Positions 48,872-62,209 of a DNA stretch of 64,000 bases are shown piece by piece. A program made the translations under genes and the position numbers. The notes under the pieces are model-generated. The model was not told the DNA's origin. It was given only the letters and a program-made list of their open reading frames with translations, and did not search any database. Within the stretch, counting starts at the first letter, position 1, and each line of letters opens with the position of its first letter. The stretch comes from Atractiella rhizophila (taxonomy: Eukaryota): positions 1 through 64,000 of the forward strand of contig MU271333.1 in NCBI GenBank assembly GCA_021432655.1. The letters run 5' to 3'.

Positions 48872-50411
48872 TCAACTTTCTCCTCCATACCACACTTCTA
48901 TTTCTTCTTCGATTCCCCACCGTTTCCCTTCTTCCCGAAACTTTTGCACGAATGGCTCCATATACGCTGGTTGCAACGAAAACGAGATTTCTACTCCTTT
49001 TCCCCACGCACCGCCATGTAAAGGAGCATTTCGTTGGAACATCTTAATATACCGCGGAGATTCAGTGATGGTATGGAGGAAGTGGGACTGAGCTTTCTCT
49101 AAACCGAAGGAAACATCTGAATAGTCGAACCTTCATCATGTCAGCGGGATCGTACTATCAAACGAGGCCTCGACTCACTTGATCGACGAGTTTACAGCAA
49201 GCCAGCCATCCCTCGGGGTGAAATTCATGTCTTCCCCCTTCACTGCTGCATCTAACCATTGCTCAGCCAACACCTTGAAATGGTCTCTCGTAAACTCGTC
49301 CCTTCTCATCTCCACCCACATAAATCTCAAAGCCCTTACAATATCTATCATTGTACTTTCTTTTCCCCAGTGCGCAGACGGCCACAGAAGGCAGTTTATT
49401 GCTGCGTTTGAAGCGGTCTGGATAATGGTGCCACGACCGTTATAGCATGTTGCCGCATGTATTATTCGCTGCTCGGATGTGGAAAGAGCGATTGCAAGAA
49501 GAGCAGTGAGGCAATCTTGAAGACTGAAATGCAAGGAGGGGTCATTGATGGCTTTGCCGACGGAAGATTTGAGTGAAGACAGCTGTGCATCCAAGAGAAA
49601 GAGAGAGATTATTCGAGTTGGAGGTGGAGGCGGAGGATTGCGGCCAGTGAGCATGGGGAGATTCTCCAGGAATTTTGATTCTGCTGAAGAACTGAGCTGT
49701 GGAATCGAGGAAAGTGGAAGAAGCCGGTTGTAAGACGGAGGCGAAGGCAGGGATCCCGTCGAGTAAGCGGTGGAGAAACAGGACCAGAACATGACCATGT
49801 TTGCTCCATCCCCTGTCACAAGCTTAGCAATTTTGTATACCAAAAGCCGGAGTACACCTACCAACGACATGGGATGAGGTCGCAGCCAGCAAGGTCCAAC
49901 CCTTGTCAAGAAAATGAGTGATGCGCATTTTCATGAGCGCTTCTTCTCCTCTACCCCTCCGGATACCTTTCATATTCAGCGTTGGTGTCCATTTCCAGGT
50001 GGTCTGAATCACCCGATCATCCGGAATCTCATATTGCGCATCACCGTATAGGTGAACCTCCTCCACTTCGAGAGGTTGCAGAGGGTCGAGGGAGATGCGC
50101 CATCCGCCGCTTTCTCCTTCTTCGTTCGTTGAAGGATCGCGAAATCGACCACAGTATAACGGGAAGTAAGAAAGTGTCTTTGAAAGAGCAAGAAGCAATC
50201 TCTCGGTGTCGAGTTTAGCGCGCAGGAGGTATCCTGTCTCGACCTAATGCCCAAGTTCAACTCTCATCTTTGAGTTCGAAACAGTCGTAAAAGAATTACG
50301 AACCGAAAAATGGAACATGAGATCAGCTTCGTGCAATGGGAAGCTTTTGCTATCAAGCGTCACTACATCTGGTGCTGGCAATACTTGATGCACTGTTGTC
50401 TTAGTTGTCAT
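48872..50411 (-). CDS. CoA-dependent acyltransferase (HxxxD transferase family), paralog A
   Basis: ALSKTLSYFPLYCGR, SHVVG|DG (HxxxD split by an intron), FSLQDCLTA, YSDVSFG (DFGWG-like). Confidence 0.8.
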
Positions 50412-51122
50412 CTTGCTATTCAGCTGACGTTTACAGTCAGAGGTGGTCACACGGGTACAAAAGCGAAGTGATTTTGCTCGCTACTGCTCGCATATAAGAA
50501 GACGTGTTCCAGAAGCAGAATCGTTCGAATCATCGTGAGCACGGCACCCCGAGCGAGAGAGAATCGGGGGAGTTAGGAGGGACCGAAAGCTAGTAACATT
50601 AGTAGTGTTGCCATGTACTTCCTTGAGCCTGCAGATGCGGAATAATCTTGAGTCCTTGTGACAGCTTGTGCCGTCGTTTCTTTCAAGTTGCGATAGTATT
50701 GAAATTTGCTTGTATATTCCTATAACTAGCCTCGTCTTTCAACCGACGGAGTAATCTAGCTCCTTCAGACGAGCTATCGAACGTACAGGGCCGCCTCCCA
50801 GCAAACGATTCTGCCAACAACTTGAATAACATTCGATCAGTAGTATTCTTCAAACCTCTTCTGTCCAACAGGCGGAAAACGAGGCTACTCCGAACAGATA
50901 AACTAGTCACATAGTCGATTCCATAGGAACATGAGGGACCAGCTTTCAGTCCAGCATTGAGCTTGACTTGTTGCAGTAAATGATGTTATCTCTAATTTGA
51001 AATTGCCAACAAGGACTTGTGATCGAGATCGAATCATCCTCCACCCAGAGTCAACTACTTTGCAACTTTTCGAGCATCTCTGAGGTGTCCAATAGCAGAG
51101 ACAAGTAAACCAGCAACGAAAT

Positions 51123-52279
51123 ATGGCCAGTGACACTCCCACTCCCGCAGATCGTGTTCCTCTCTCCTTTCCCGCATTCCTCCTTCTCCGACCACCCAAT
51201 TCTCGAACTCTCCGTCCTGCTGCTACCACACGCACACCGGAGGATCCATCTGGCCGCCCTAGTGTCCCCAACAACTTGAGGCAGCAGAAGATTAGTCCAG
51301 TGGGGAAACGACGATTGAGGAGGCTGGAAAATGGTGTGTCATTTTTCGACGTCAAACCTGCTTTTGGGTGAATCGTAGGCTACTGTGCGAAGTGCCTGCC
51401 CAGACGAACGCTATACTGCCTTCGGATTACAACCCTCTACCTATTGTGAAGCGATCCTACCTACCTCCCCTGCCCAATAATCCGTCATCCAATGTTCCCA
51501 CACCGTTTTGCCCAGACACAGCTTCGAGCGGCCTTTTCCGTATGTCTCGCCGCGGGATGAGGAAGGAGATGCGCCTTCTTCTTGGACGAGGAGAGGGACG
51601 TCCATCCCTTATTGCCCTGATCGACCGCATCGAATCCGACCTCCGCAGCTGGCTAGCGGGCGAAGCGCCGCCGGTCAAAGAAGGAGGATGGGTGCTAGAA
51701 GGGCGAAAGGTTGATGAAGGGGTTCTGGAGACCGGAAGAACGGACAACATGCTCACTTGGGAAATCGAAGACGCTTTCATCCGCTACATTACCCACTGCA
51801 CAGCTCTCTATCTCTCTATCGCTTCGTTCTCGAAGACGGTCAATCCGGAGAAGAGAATCACTCTTCTGATGCGTCCCCCCAAGCTCGATCTCCCTCCTCC
51901 TGTCTCTGCAGGCCCCGGTGCCGCTGGAGGGATGGACTCCAGCTCGGACATATTTTATTCAAATTCTCTGAATTCCTCTTTCTCCAATCTTTCGATGACA
52001 ACCGATGAATCCGTGAAGGAGAGCATTGAGTCATTACGTGATTCCCTCCTTGTGGTTTCGGAGGAGGGCGAAGATGGCGACGAAGTACGCATCGATCTAC
52101 AAGAACGGACACCCCGTGCACCTCGAGTGAACCGCACGAGAAGCAGAGATAGGGAATCGGATGAGAGTCGGAGCCCAGTACGAAGGATTGCAGACATTCC
52201 ACCATCTGTGGGAGGATCCATTGGACTGAGGGAAGTGCTTGGAAGGAGGAAATTTGTGGACTGGATCAGATATGGCTAA
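51123..52279 (+). CDS. R3H-associated domain-type protein, two exons
   Basis: GKRRLRRLEN in exon 1 and IEDAFIRYITHCTALYLSIASFS (R-x3-H) in exon 2; intron near 51334-51378. Confidence 0.65.
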
Positions 52280-52707
52280 CCAGTTAATTGACAGGCAAAG
52301 AATTCAGAGATGGTTGGTGAATAGTGGGAGTTAATATTGCTTGTTATGCTGGTCGATTGTTATTCCTATCTAACCGAATCATTGTGTTGACCATCGAGAA
52401 ATGGTCAGAAATCTCATTCCGAATTTTTTCACCTAAGACTCCAGCATAGAGGGTTCCCTCTAGTTGGGAAAATGACGCCTCACTATCCCGGCCCCGTTTC
52501 TTGAGCCTCTCATGTTGCTGGCGATACGGCCCAATTGGTCCAAGAAGTGTGTACAACTTACCAACGGCAATATTTCTGAATCGAGTCTGGATGACTCAAA
52601 TACTCATGAGATGAATGAATATAAAGGTCTAAGTGGGCTCTCTTTGCTTTCCAAAGCAATTGAAGCTAATCTAATATCTGCTAGTGCCGGGGTAGAACCT
52701 GAACAAG

Positions 52708-54283
52708 ATGGCAGGAAACACGAAAGTCAAGGTGCATCACGTCTTGCCAACGTCGCAAGCAGTGGCACAAGGATCCAAGAGCTTCCCGCTACATGAGCTT
52801 GACTTGATGATCCAGTTCTCAGTTCGTGCCCTGCTCAATCACCGTGTCAACTGCAGGCTGAGCACAAAGAATTAGGTCGAAACAGGCTACCTTCTCCGAG
52901 CTCAGCTCGACACGGACAGATTGCTTTCTGCCCTGTCAGAGACACTTTCTCACTTTCCGTTATACTGCGGTCGGTTTCACGTTCCTTCGACGGATGAAGA
53001 AGGCCAAAGCGAAAGTTGGCGTATTGCGATGGATCCTCTACATCCAATAGAGGTGGAAGAAGTGCACCTTGATGGGGACGCGCAATCAGAGATTCCAGAC
53101 GATAGAGTTATACAGTCTGATTGGAAATGGACCAGGATGTTAGACATGAAGGCTGTCCGAGCGGGCAGAGGGGAGGAAGCACTCCTCAGAATGCGCATCA
53201 CGCATATCGTCGAGAAGGGGTGGACTTTGTTGGCTGCCAGCTCAGCACACATCGTTGGTGAGTGACTGTGATCTCGCAACGGCCTGGAAATAGTGTTAAT
53301 CCGTATAACAGGCGATGGAGCAAACATGGTCATGTTCTGGTCCTGCTTCTCCTCTGCCTACTCAACGGGATCCATCCCTTCGCCGCCATCCTACACACGT
53401 CCCATTCCTCTATCCTCGATCCCATCCCTCACTTCTTCAGAGGAATCAAATATCCTCGCAGACCTTCCTATGCTCACGGGCCGGAATCCTCCCCCTCCAC
53501 CACCAACTCAGATCATCTCAGTCTTTCTCTCGAATTCACAGTTGGAGTCATTCAAATCCTCCATTGGACAAGCCATCAACGATCCCTCTTTGCATTTCAG
53601 CATCCAAGATTGCCTCACGGCTCTTCATTCAATCGCATTGTCTACATCTGAGCACCAAATAACGCGTGCTGCGGCAGTTTACAATGCCCGTGCCACCGTA
53701 CTACAGCCCGACTCCAACGCAGCCATTAATTGCCTGCTTTGGCCCACTGCACAATGGAGAGAAGGGAGCTCAATGATAGATGTTGTAAAGGCTCTGAGAG
53801 CTATGTGGGTGAAAATGAGGGGAGAACGGTTCATAAGGGATCACTACAAGGTTTTAGCTGAGCAATGGTTGGATGCAGCTCTAAAGGGTGAGGATGTCGA
53901 TTTTACGCCACAGCACGGATGGATGTCAGTCAACTCATCCATCAAGTAAGTTAAACACTTCGTGATTACACTGGCGCCTAGTTGATGATTAATTCTATAG
54001 GTTCGACTATTCGAGTGTCTCCTTCGGATTGGATAAGGTTCAGTCTCACTTCCTTCACACAAACAGCAGAGCTCCACGCTATGTCAAAATGTTCAAAAGA
54101 AATCCTCCCATCGACGGCAGTGGGTGGAAGCAAGGTGTTGAAATAACGTTTTCGCTCCAAGTGCCGTATATCGAATGCTTTCTCCAGACTTTTCGAAAAG
54201 AAGGAGAGCGATGGGGAATTGAAGGTGATATAGAGGTGTGGAAAGGAGAAGAAAGCAAGATAAACGTAGCCAATGAAGCTTGA
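52708..54283 (+). CDS. CoA-dependent acyltransferase (HxxxD transferase family), paralog B
   Basis: ALSETLSHFPLYCGR, SAHIVG|DG, FSIQDCLTA, YSSVSFG; exons collinear with paralog A. Confidence 0.8.
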
Positions 54284-54879
54284 AATAAATTCTCACAGTT
54301 CTGTAACGTTCTCCGTTATTTATTCTGCAGTTTTGGGAATATCAAGGAAATTCCTTTAGGTCAGGATGTGCCGAATTTCTGGCTGAAATGTAATAAATTC
54401 GTTAAAAATTCGAATTTACTACAAGGCAGGGCATCGTGAACTCAAATTATCGCTATTATTTAGCTTCTTAGAATTGTTCCCGAAATCACTCCTCACCTCA
54501 ACTTCAGAAAGTTCAGAGTATGGAGTGCACGAGAAGTGTGCCATCCACTTCGCACTAATTAATCATTAATGGGTCTGCTGACGTTGGAACAACGTTCATT
54601 GTGGTCCCAAAACGGCAGGTTCCCTCGGGTCGCAAGCAATAAGAACGCACCACAATCAGGTTCTCTTCTTCTCTTCTTCCATTTCAGTTGTTTGCATAAA
54701 GTTCTTCCAACACATGTGAATGAGAGACGAGACATATTCATGCTCCAGCTCATTGTTGGCGACTGTTGAAGACTTCCACTGGTTCTCCACGAAAGTCGCT
54801 TTGCGATTTGTCTGAAGTGCCCTGAGATCTCCTCTCAATTGATCATTGTTCTAGATACCTTCCTAAATCCTCCTCCACG

Positions 54880-56592
54880 TCAATGTGTGATAGGGATTAC
54901 TGAAAAGAACCCACCAAACTTTATCCCACGATCTGCCAGCGCATTCCTTAGCCGGATGACGCTCTCGCTTTCTCGCCTCCAGACTCCTGATGGCCCATAC
55001 ACCGTTAACGTCTTCAAACAAGGCATGATAGCCTCAGTTGCCTCTTCGAACGTCATTGATATTGTGTCTAGAAAGGTGTCGGTGTCGCTAACAGGCTTTC
55101 CACACCATGAATACTCGCTGAGATCAATGACCAAATGCTCCGTCCTCGACGTGGTTGATTTAAGAATATCGTACATCTCCGGCTCATACCATGTTGCGCT
55201 GTCGCTCAACCGCAATTTGAGCTCCGGAAAGTGAGTAAGCTGATTCGTGACAGAACAGACGATCTTTGTGATAGTGCTGGTGGGGGAAGGGAAGACAACA
55301 CCTAGATCAAAAATGTGAGGTATCAATTGTCTATTCACAAGTTGTTCAATGGCATCTCGACATTTCCGCGCCGTCGCAGGTGAGTCCTCCCCAGCGTTTG
55401 TTTTCAGCACCAGAGATCTGAGAGGTGTCGACGGGAGGAATGATAGGAAGAACTCGTCAACGAAGCTACAATGCCAAAGTGTGACTTCCTGAAGGTGTTC
55501 TAGTGGGTGGTATCCTTTTGCCAATTCGGTCCCAAACGACATGCTTATTAAGTGTAACTTTCGCAATTCTAGAGATTTGGAAATGAGAGGAAACATCTTG
55601 AACAATCGGCATTTGTCGTTCATATTGTGTTTGCCCTCGCTGAAATCAAACATGAAGGTTTTTAATCGCGGAAGGTGTCCAAAAGGAACCATCAGCCGCT
55701 GCTGCTGCACGCTTTCTGTGACTGTAACTCGTAAGTCGAGCAAAGCTTTTGCGAGCAAATTTGTCACGTCAGCGAGGCCCGACCAAGCTAACTCGTGCAG
55801 GCATTCGAGTCTCAAATGGGTGACGTGTAGAGAAGTAGCTTGAGCCGTGAACCTCGTGACAAAGTTAACCGGAGTGTTCTTTAGAGCCAAATAGAAATTG
55901 CGAAGTGTAGTTAAATCGGAGCCAATTGTTTCAATGATCTCGGAAGGAACGTCATTGTGCCCAACATATAGATAGCTGAGAGATGAAAACAATGCAGCCA
56001 TTGGAAGATCGAAGCGCAAAGTTCCACGTAACCGCGCCACGTGAAGACTACCAGATGAACTACCGAGGTTTGGAAGAAGAGTAGAGAGGTAGAACGGCCG
56101 AAATCGTGAAGAGTTTGTCACAGAGAGATTTTGGAGAAAGGGTAGAGCTGGAAACCTGAACCTCGGGTGCTCGACGCCGATAACATCCCACCAGAGGAGA
56201 GAACGAAGGTTCGTGCATCGATCGATGACAGCTTGCCCAAATTCGAGAGGGAGGTCCTTTTGGTCGTTAGAATCTCCTAAAAAGCGGAGTGTCCAAACAG
56301 AACTTGCACCATTCTCATCCCTATCCAAAGCAGCCAAGCAAGCTTCCATCTTAGCCTCTCTCATTTCTGGATCCCTAGATCCTTGACAAACGGAGCGCAG
56401 ATCAATTACTCGCATAATCAATTGGTTCGATATCTCTTTCCATCTTCGACAAACGAGGGCAGTTGTGCAGTAAGATCTCCGGGGTAAAAAGCGATTCTTT
56501 CCCCAGAGCCAGAAGTTTTCTACTTCGTCGATCGAAACGAGAATTTTTCGTATAAGTTCCAAAGGCAAGATATCGTTCATTGATTTCGCCAT
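54880..56592 (-). CDS. F-box / RNI-like LRR protein, apparently intronless
   Basis: LPLELIRKIL...ALVCRRWKEIS F-box; repeated LxxLxL segments (LRSLLW, LQNLSV, LSYLYV, LRKLHL). Start taken at MAKSMND. Confidence 0.8.
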   Translation of the reverse strand: MAKSMNDILPLELIRKILVSIDEVENFWLWGKNRFLPRRSYCTTALVCRRWKEISNQLIMRVIDLRSVCQGSRDPEMREAKMEACLAALDRDENGASSVWTLRFLGDSNDQKDLPLEFGQAVIDRCTNLRSLLWWDVIGVEHPRFRFPALPFLQNLSVTNSSRFRPFYLSTLLPNLGSSSGSLHVARLRGTLRFDLPMAALFSSLSYLYVGHNDVPSEIIETIGSDLTTLRNFYLALKNTPVNFVTRFTAQATSLHVTHLRLECLHELAWSGLADVTNLLAKALLDLRVTVTESVQQQRLMVPFGHLPRLKTFMFDFSEGKHNMNDKCRLFKMFPLISKSLELRKLHLISMSFGTELAKGYHPLEHLQEVTLWHCSFVDEFFLSFLPSTPLRSLVLKTNAGEDSPATARKCRDAIEQLVNRQLIPHIFDLGVVFPSPTSTITKIVCSVTNQLTHFPELKLRLSDSATWYEPEMYDILKSTTSRTEHLVIDLSEYSWCGKPVSDTDTFLDTISMTFEEATEAIMPCLKTLTVYGPSGVWRRESESVIRLRNALADRGIKFGGFFSVIPITH

Positions 56593-56891
56593 TGTCTGAA
56601 GATTTGGTGAGCGTGTTGTCGCGTCTGTTAAACACTGGCAGCTTTTTGAGGCAAGGATTTTTCTCCTTGTTGCTTGATAAATAGGGTTCGGACTTTTGTG
56701 TTCAGAACAAGGAACCATTGCTGTTCGGAGACCTTTGCTTGCCGCTTGATCTCGGACATGAAACAATTACATGGCACATATAAGCAATCCAACTTTCTTC
56801 AGTGCATGGCAAGTAGTATACATTCATCGTGACCGCTATAGCAATTGAGAGCCAAGCAATCGTACCAGCCACAAAGGAATATGCATCTTGA

Positions 56892-59127
56892 TCATGCAAG
56901 GGCACCTTTGATTGAGTACAATTCAGCTTTAATATCTTTCACATTGAAAAGTAAACTCACCAAGAGGGTCCCAAGGCGGCAATTCAACGGCATCCTTGTT
57001 CTCCCATACCCTTCTTAATTCTTTAGGCACAAAGCTCTTATGAGCCACAATCTGGTACACAAACTCGTCGAACCATCCATCCGTCTACCCATCAGGCGCA
57101 AGGGATCAACATCTTATCTCAGCCGACAAGTGGTGAGAGAACAGACCATCATGAAATAACCTTTCTCTCCTGGCGTTGGACCCCAAGAGTTCTCAACCCT
57201 CCATCTGACAGGTCTTCCGTCTTTGTCGAGGTGAACGGCGGTGATCGTCATCGCGTGCGTCATGGCCGAATCGCCCATTTGGAGTCGTTCGGATTTGGTC
57301 ATTCCTTTAGTGGTACCAAAGGCGTTGGATAGGTCGAATAACTACATACATCCACATTCTTGTTCATGTCAGTCGGTCAGCGAAGGCGATAGGCAGACCT
57401 TGTGGTCCATTAATCCAAGAGTGCGCTCAGAGGATTGCCCAACGTCGCACCCGAACCAGACTGTGGACCAGATGCAATGAGTCAGCTAGGAATTATAGAA
57501 CTCGATGGGAAGAACGGACCAGGCTGGTCGGCTTTAAGGAGGGCGATTGCGACCTGCTTCATCTTCTCCCTTCATGCAAAATTCAATATCCACCTTTTGA
57601 CAGTAGGGTCAACTTACACTCCCGAGTTCACATAACTGGGGATCCCATCAGTAAGGTTAATCAAGAATGATAAAGGGAGATACGAACCTCACTCTTTCTC
57701 CATCCCACACATTACCAAGATGTTTGACGGTATAGAGTTTCCCATACTCGTTCCTTGGATCGTCGATCAAAGAAAGCGAATCCTTAGCCGAGAAAAAGTC
57801 GCATTGCTCCTTATAAAACGACAACGGGGTCGCCTTGATCGAGTGAAACTTGCCATTCTTATCATAATACTCCCACGTGAACTCTTCCACCTTCTTCGGG
57901 CTTCCACAGGTGATACAAAGGATGCGATAGACCTCGTCCATCTGCTCGCTCTTCCTCTTCCTCAACCCCTTCACCGCCAACGCCTTCGCTTCGGCGCACG
58001 AGAGACCTTGAGTGGTGTAAGAGGAGAGGAAAGAGGCGTAGAGACGACGGAGCTCGAGGGTATATTCTCGCAGTTTGGTCGTGAGGAGAGAGTCGACCTT
58101 GGAGGAGTTGGAGGAGTTAAAAGACTCCGGATAGACGCTTTGGGGCACTAGACCGTATTTCTCGATCAGATTCGAGGCCATGTCCCATTGTCCACCATCT
58201 ATTTCAGTAGATGCTTCAGATTCATCGAGAAGAGAAAGGCTCGAAACAAAGGACGAACCGTTCTCAGGTGCTGTGGATAGGAATTGGATCACTCGACTGT
58301 CAAGAGGCTCATCGACTAATTCAATCATTGTCTCGAGGTAGCTGTCGCCACGTTTACCCGTCAACAAGCTGAAGCTCAGAAGGATGAAAGGAGATAGAAG
58401 ACGCACTAGTTGCTCTTCTCAACATGGTCATAGAAGAACAGGTAGCTTCGTTCTTCTCGTCAGCACAGTGGTCTCGCGAGAACTAGAGAAAGAAACACCT
58501 TTGCGAGAGTTGGAAGTCGTCTATCTCAAAAAATCCATCAATTTTATTGGGAGAGGAAGAAGGGACGAAGAGACGAACCAAGGTTATATTTCTTCTTGAG
58601 CCCGATTCTGATCACATTCGTTGTAGCAAAGAGCCAGCATCTGCCCGAGGACATTTGACTGGTGACTACATACACCAAAGACTTAATAATTGGTGGAGCA
58701 GAGGGAGACTGGGAGGGACGAACTCGGCGTTCCCTCCGTCGAAATCTTGGTGTTATAGATATGCAAATCCTCCGTCACTCTCTCTCTCCCGGCGAGTGCG
58801 ATAGTCCAGTCTTGCTTCGACAGTAGCGTGCTGGAGAGCTGAAAGCGAGCCGAATTCTCACTACCCATTCGGCATCCCACAATCAGCACATAGCTTCGTC
58901 GAAGGGAGGTGGAAGACGAACAAGTTCTCCTGCCACTCTTTCAATCCGTCAAACGAGACATCAGCTGTCGCAGGTCCATACTTCCCCCTCTGGGAAGAGG
59001 AGGAAGAGGAAGATCCATTGGAGTCGCGGATCTGGAGCGAGCGAAGGAGGGACGTGGCCGTCTCGAGCTCCCTCTGCTTCTCGGACACTTGGTGTTCCTG
59101 GACTGGCTTCGAAGGTGTGGCTCCCAT
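56892..59127 (-). CDS. LAP3: Bleomycin hydrolase / cysteine aminopeptidase (peptidase C1B), multi-exon
   Basis: QSSGRCWLFA, DGGQWDM, LIDDPRN, MTHAMTITAV, WRVENSWG and C-terminal WDPLGALA. Confidence 0.92.
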
Positions 59128-59530
59128 GGTTATCGTGCTGCTTTCTTTGACTGGTGTGCGAAAGGAGGAGCTCAGAATCGGACCCTGAGGGTTATATAAG
59201 GGTTGCTGGAGGACTGCTCGGAGGAGGACCACACTGCTCGTTGGTCTCGCTTTAAGATGCAGGTGATAAGAATTTGAAATTGCTCCACAGGGTCACATGA
59301 GGATGTGGATTGCTTCCAGGTATTTGCTATTTCATTTCACCATGTATCCTCCCAGCCAAAGCATGTTCAGTCTATCCCTTTGCAACCGTAGGACTTCTCG
59401 TCAGTGTTGCTTGCTGGAATCCAAATGGGAGGATAGTTCGGCGTATCTCACCTTCCCCTCATGGAAGATTTGAAATATGCCAATGTTGTCCCCGGCGGCC
59501 CAAGAATATCTGACGCTCATTTAGCATTGT

Positions 59531-62209
59531 ATGCTCACCTTCCCCTTCACCCTTCGCCCACTCCGCTCACACTACTCAGACTACGCACCCCTGCCCACCT
59601 CCCACGAAATGGCTGCCATGTCAGCCGAAGACTCCACAGGCAGCCACGCCTCCTCGACAGCCAAGATCGAACTGCAGCATCCCCCATCGCTACGGCGCGC
59701 ACAGAGCCACTCGAGCATCTCCATAGGCTTCGCACCCACCGATCCTCACGCCAACAATCCTTATTATCCCTTGCTGCTGTGGGCACGCAAATTTGCGCCG
59801 TTCAGAGCAACCGAGAACTGGCTGCGCGGACCTTCTCCTTCCGTCGAGCTGCAAATCAAAAGGTGGCGCTTTACGGCGCCGTTGGAGGAGTTGGCGGATA
59901 GATTGGATGTCGGTAGATATGTGGGCAAGTGGAAAAATACGGTGCTTGCGCTGTTTCTTGCCCTTTGGATCGTGGGATTCGCATTGTTGGTTAGAGAGAG
60001 TAGCTTCTATGGGGTGGACAAAGACCAGTTTGTGGATTGTACGAGCGCTTATTGGACGGGAAGGAATGCTGATGTGAGTCTCCCTTTGATTTGTTGATGC
60101 TGTGGTGCACTGGACTTCAAGAAGTCACCTTGAAATCCTCTTTAGAGCTAGTATTCATTCTAGCTTTCTAGAGGTATCAGGATGACTGGACACATATTAC
60201 ATGGTTACCTAGAGCTTCAAGGGCAAGAAGCCTCAGGTATACCTCAGGTTGTTGCTATCCAGAACGCGCAGTATTGATGCTTTCTGCTTTCTTCAATTGA
60301 TTCCCCAATTGCGATGAGTACTTTTGTACTGCGTCTGTTTTCCCAAATTTAGAAGCTGATATCCTACGTACACTTCTCTGATAGTGAAAAGAAGAGGGCG
60401 ACTTTTTTGTTATGTCAACAGGAGTGGCAAAAATATGCAGTCAGTGTCAATTAGGCAACCTTCCGTTCTGCTTTTAGATTTGACATGCTAGAAATGCACT
60501 CGGGTCCTACCTGTCATGTCGGAACTGTGCCATTAGCACGCGAAAGATCTTTTTCGTGCGAAAAATACTGTAGACGTCTGGGCGGCAAAAGCCATCCAAT
60601 TTTTTCCAACAGATACAGTGTTGTTCACCTGCACTACTTTGTGCCCGATCACCAATCACCTTCAGTATTGACACAGTTTACTGATTCTTTCGTCTAGTGC
60701 GCTCTAAATGGCGAAAATTGCACACCTTTCAACGATACGACCTTCCGCTTCCGATGTCCTGCCAACTGCGCAAGCGTCACACTGCTCAATCCCCGAATTG
60801 TGGGTTCGCAATCCGTGAATTACGTTCCCTTGCTGGTTGGCGGAGGAGACGAGCTGGGGACATACCGCGGAGACAGTTGGATTTGCCCTGCCGCATTGCA
60901 GAAGGGGCTTTTTAGTAACAGCAAGGGAGGGTGTGCGCGCGTCAACACCGTTGGAACGTTTCAACGATATGTTGGGTTCGAGGCACATGGACTCAAAAGC
61001 GTAGATTTCGATACGCAGTTTCCGAGTAGTATTCGCTTCGATGGTACCAGTCAGAGAGGGTGCAAGGATCTGCGGGATGAGATTTTAGGGTAAGACTCCT
61101 GTCTGCATCTGAATGATATAACTAAGCACTTGACAGTTTCGACGTCGCCCTCTCCGTCATCTTCTCTCTGGTCTTTCGTCCCCCACCTCGAGTCTTTTTC
61201 TGGGTCCTCGTTTGCCTAGGTTTCTGGCACATCTCTCTTGTCTCCGAACCATCAGCTTCTCCTCCATCGATATCCCGACCAATCGGTATCTTCCTCCCAA
61301 CACTTTTCGTTGCTTACGCCATCGGTCGTTTTGCCTGGCGCTGGACCCTGCCTGCATTTGAGATTGTTCCCATCGAACGAACAATATGGTACCTCGGTGG
61401 CTTTTGGGTTGGTGTATTGCTGAATGTGACGACTGGTTGGATACCTATTGACCGTCTCACCCCGCACGATATTAAACAACGACCCGGAGGGCTCGTGGCA
61501 GTCATCATCTTGTCGATAGTTGGTGCATTCTTGGTTGGCAATCAGGTTTGGTTTATCAGGAAGACGGGGTGGCTAATTACATACCTCAAATACTACTGCC
61601 TTGGAATTCTCGTCCTGGGCATCTTTGCCACATTGCCAAATCTCCAGTTCAGATTTCATCACTACTTTGCTGGAATCGTCCTCTCCCCCGGAACCGCATT
61701 CAAAACGCGTGTATCTGCCCTACTCCAAGCATTTCTTCTCGGAATGTTTCTGAATGGGGTGGCGAGGTGGTCAGTCGGAATTTTCACTTTCTTTCTGCTG
61801 CTCCTTCTGACTGATATCGATGTATAGGGACTACGACGCCATCTTCCAAACTCCCGACGAGCTTCGAGGCGACGCTACCTTTGGAACTGACGTGCCCTCG
61901 TTCGCTACGAACGACACGAATTTCCAACCTAACCAGCGCGTCATTTCGTGGCCATCAATACCTTCCGACCTCACCTCTTCGTGGAGCGGCCATTCGCTTC
62001 TTGTCGACGACGTCCTGCGATACACTGGCGCTGCACTAAATTTCTCCCTAGATGCGTTGTCGGACGGCTTTGTCCTCGACTTCTCTCTCCCTCATTATCT
62101 CCGATTAGCATACGCAGACAACGATGGCAATCCCGGAGACTTCACCACTGCTGCCACTGCTTTTGTGAGCAATGGGACATGGATCGATCCCTTGCCGGGT
62201 TCGACTTGA
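59531..62209 (+). CDS. LCCL-domain multi-pass membrane protein, multi-exon
   Basis: GTYRGDSWICPAALQKG (LCCL), IPIDRLT, RFHHYFAG, GVARW, C-terminal HYLRLAY...GDFT; first intron 60074-60697. Confidence 0.85.

Noticed and set aside
59107..59127. N-myristoylation-like MGATPSK start of bleomycin hydrolase
   Set aside because: Plausible, but to my knowledge similar starts are common in fungal homologs, so not treated as novel.
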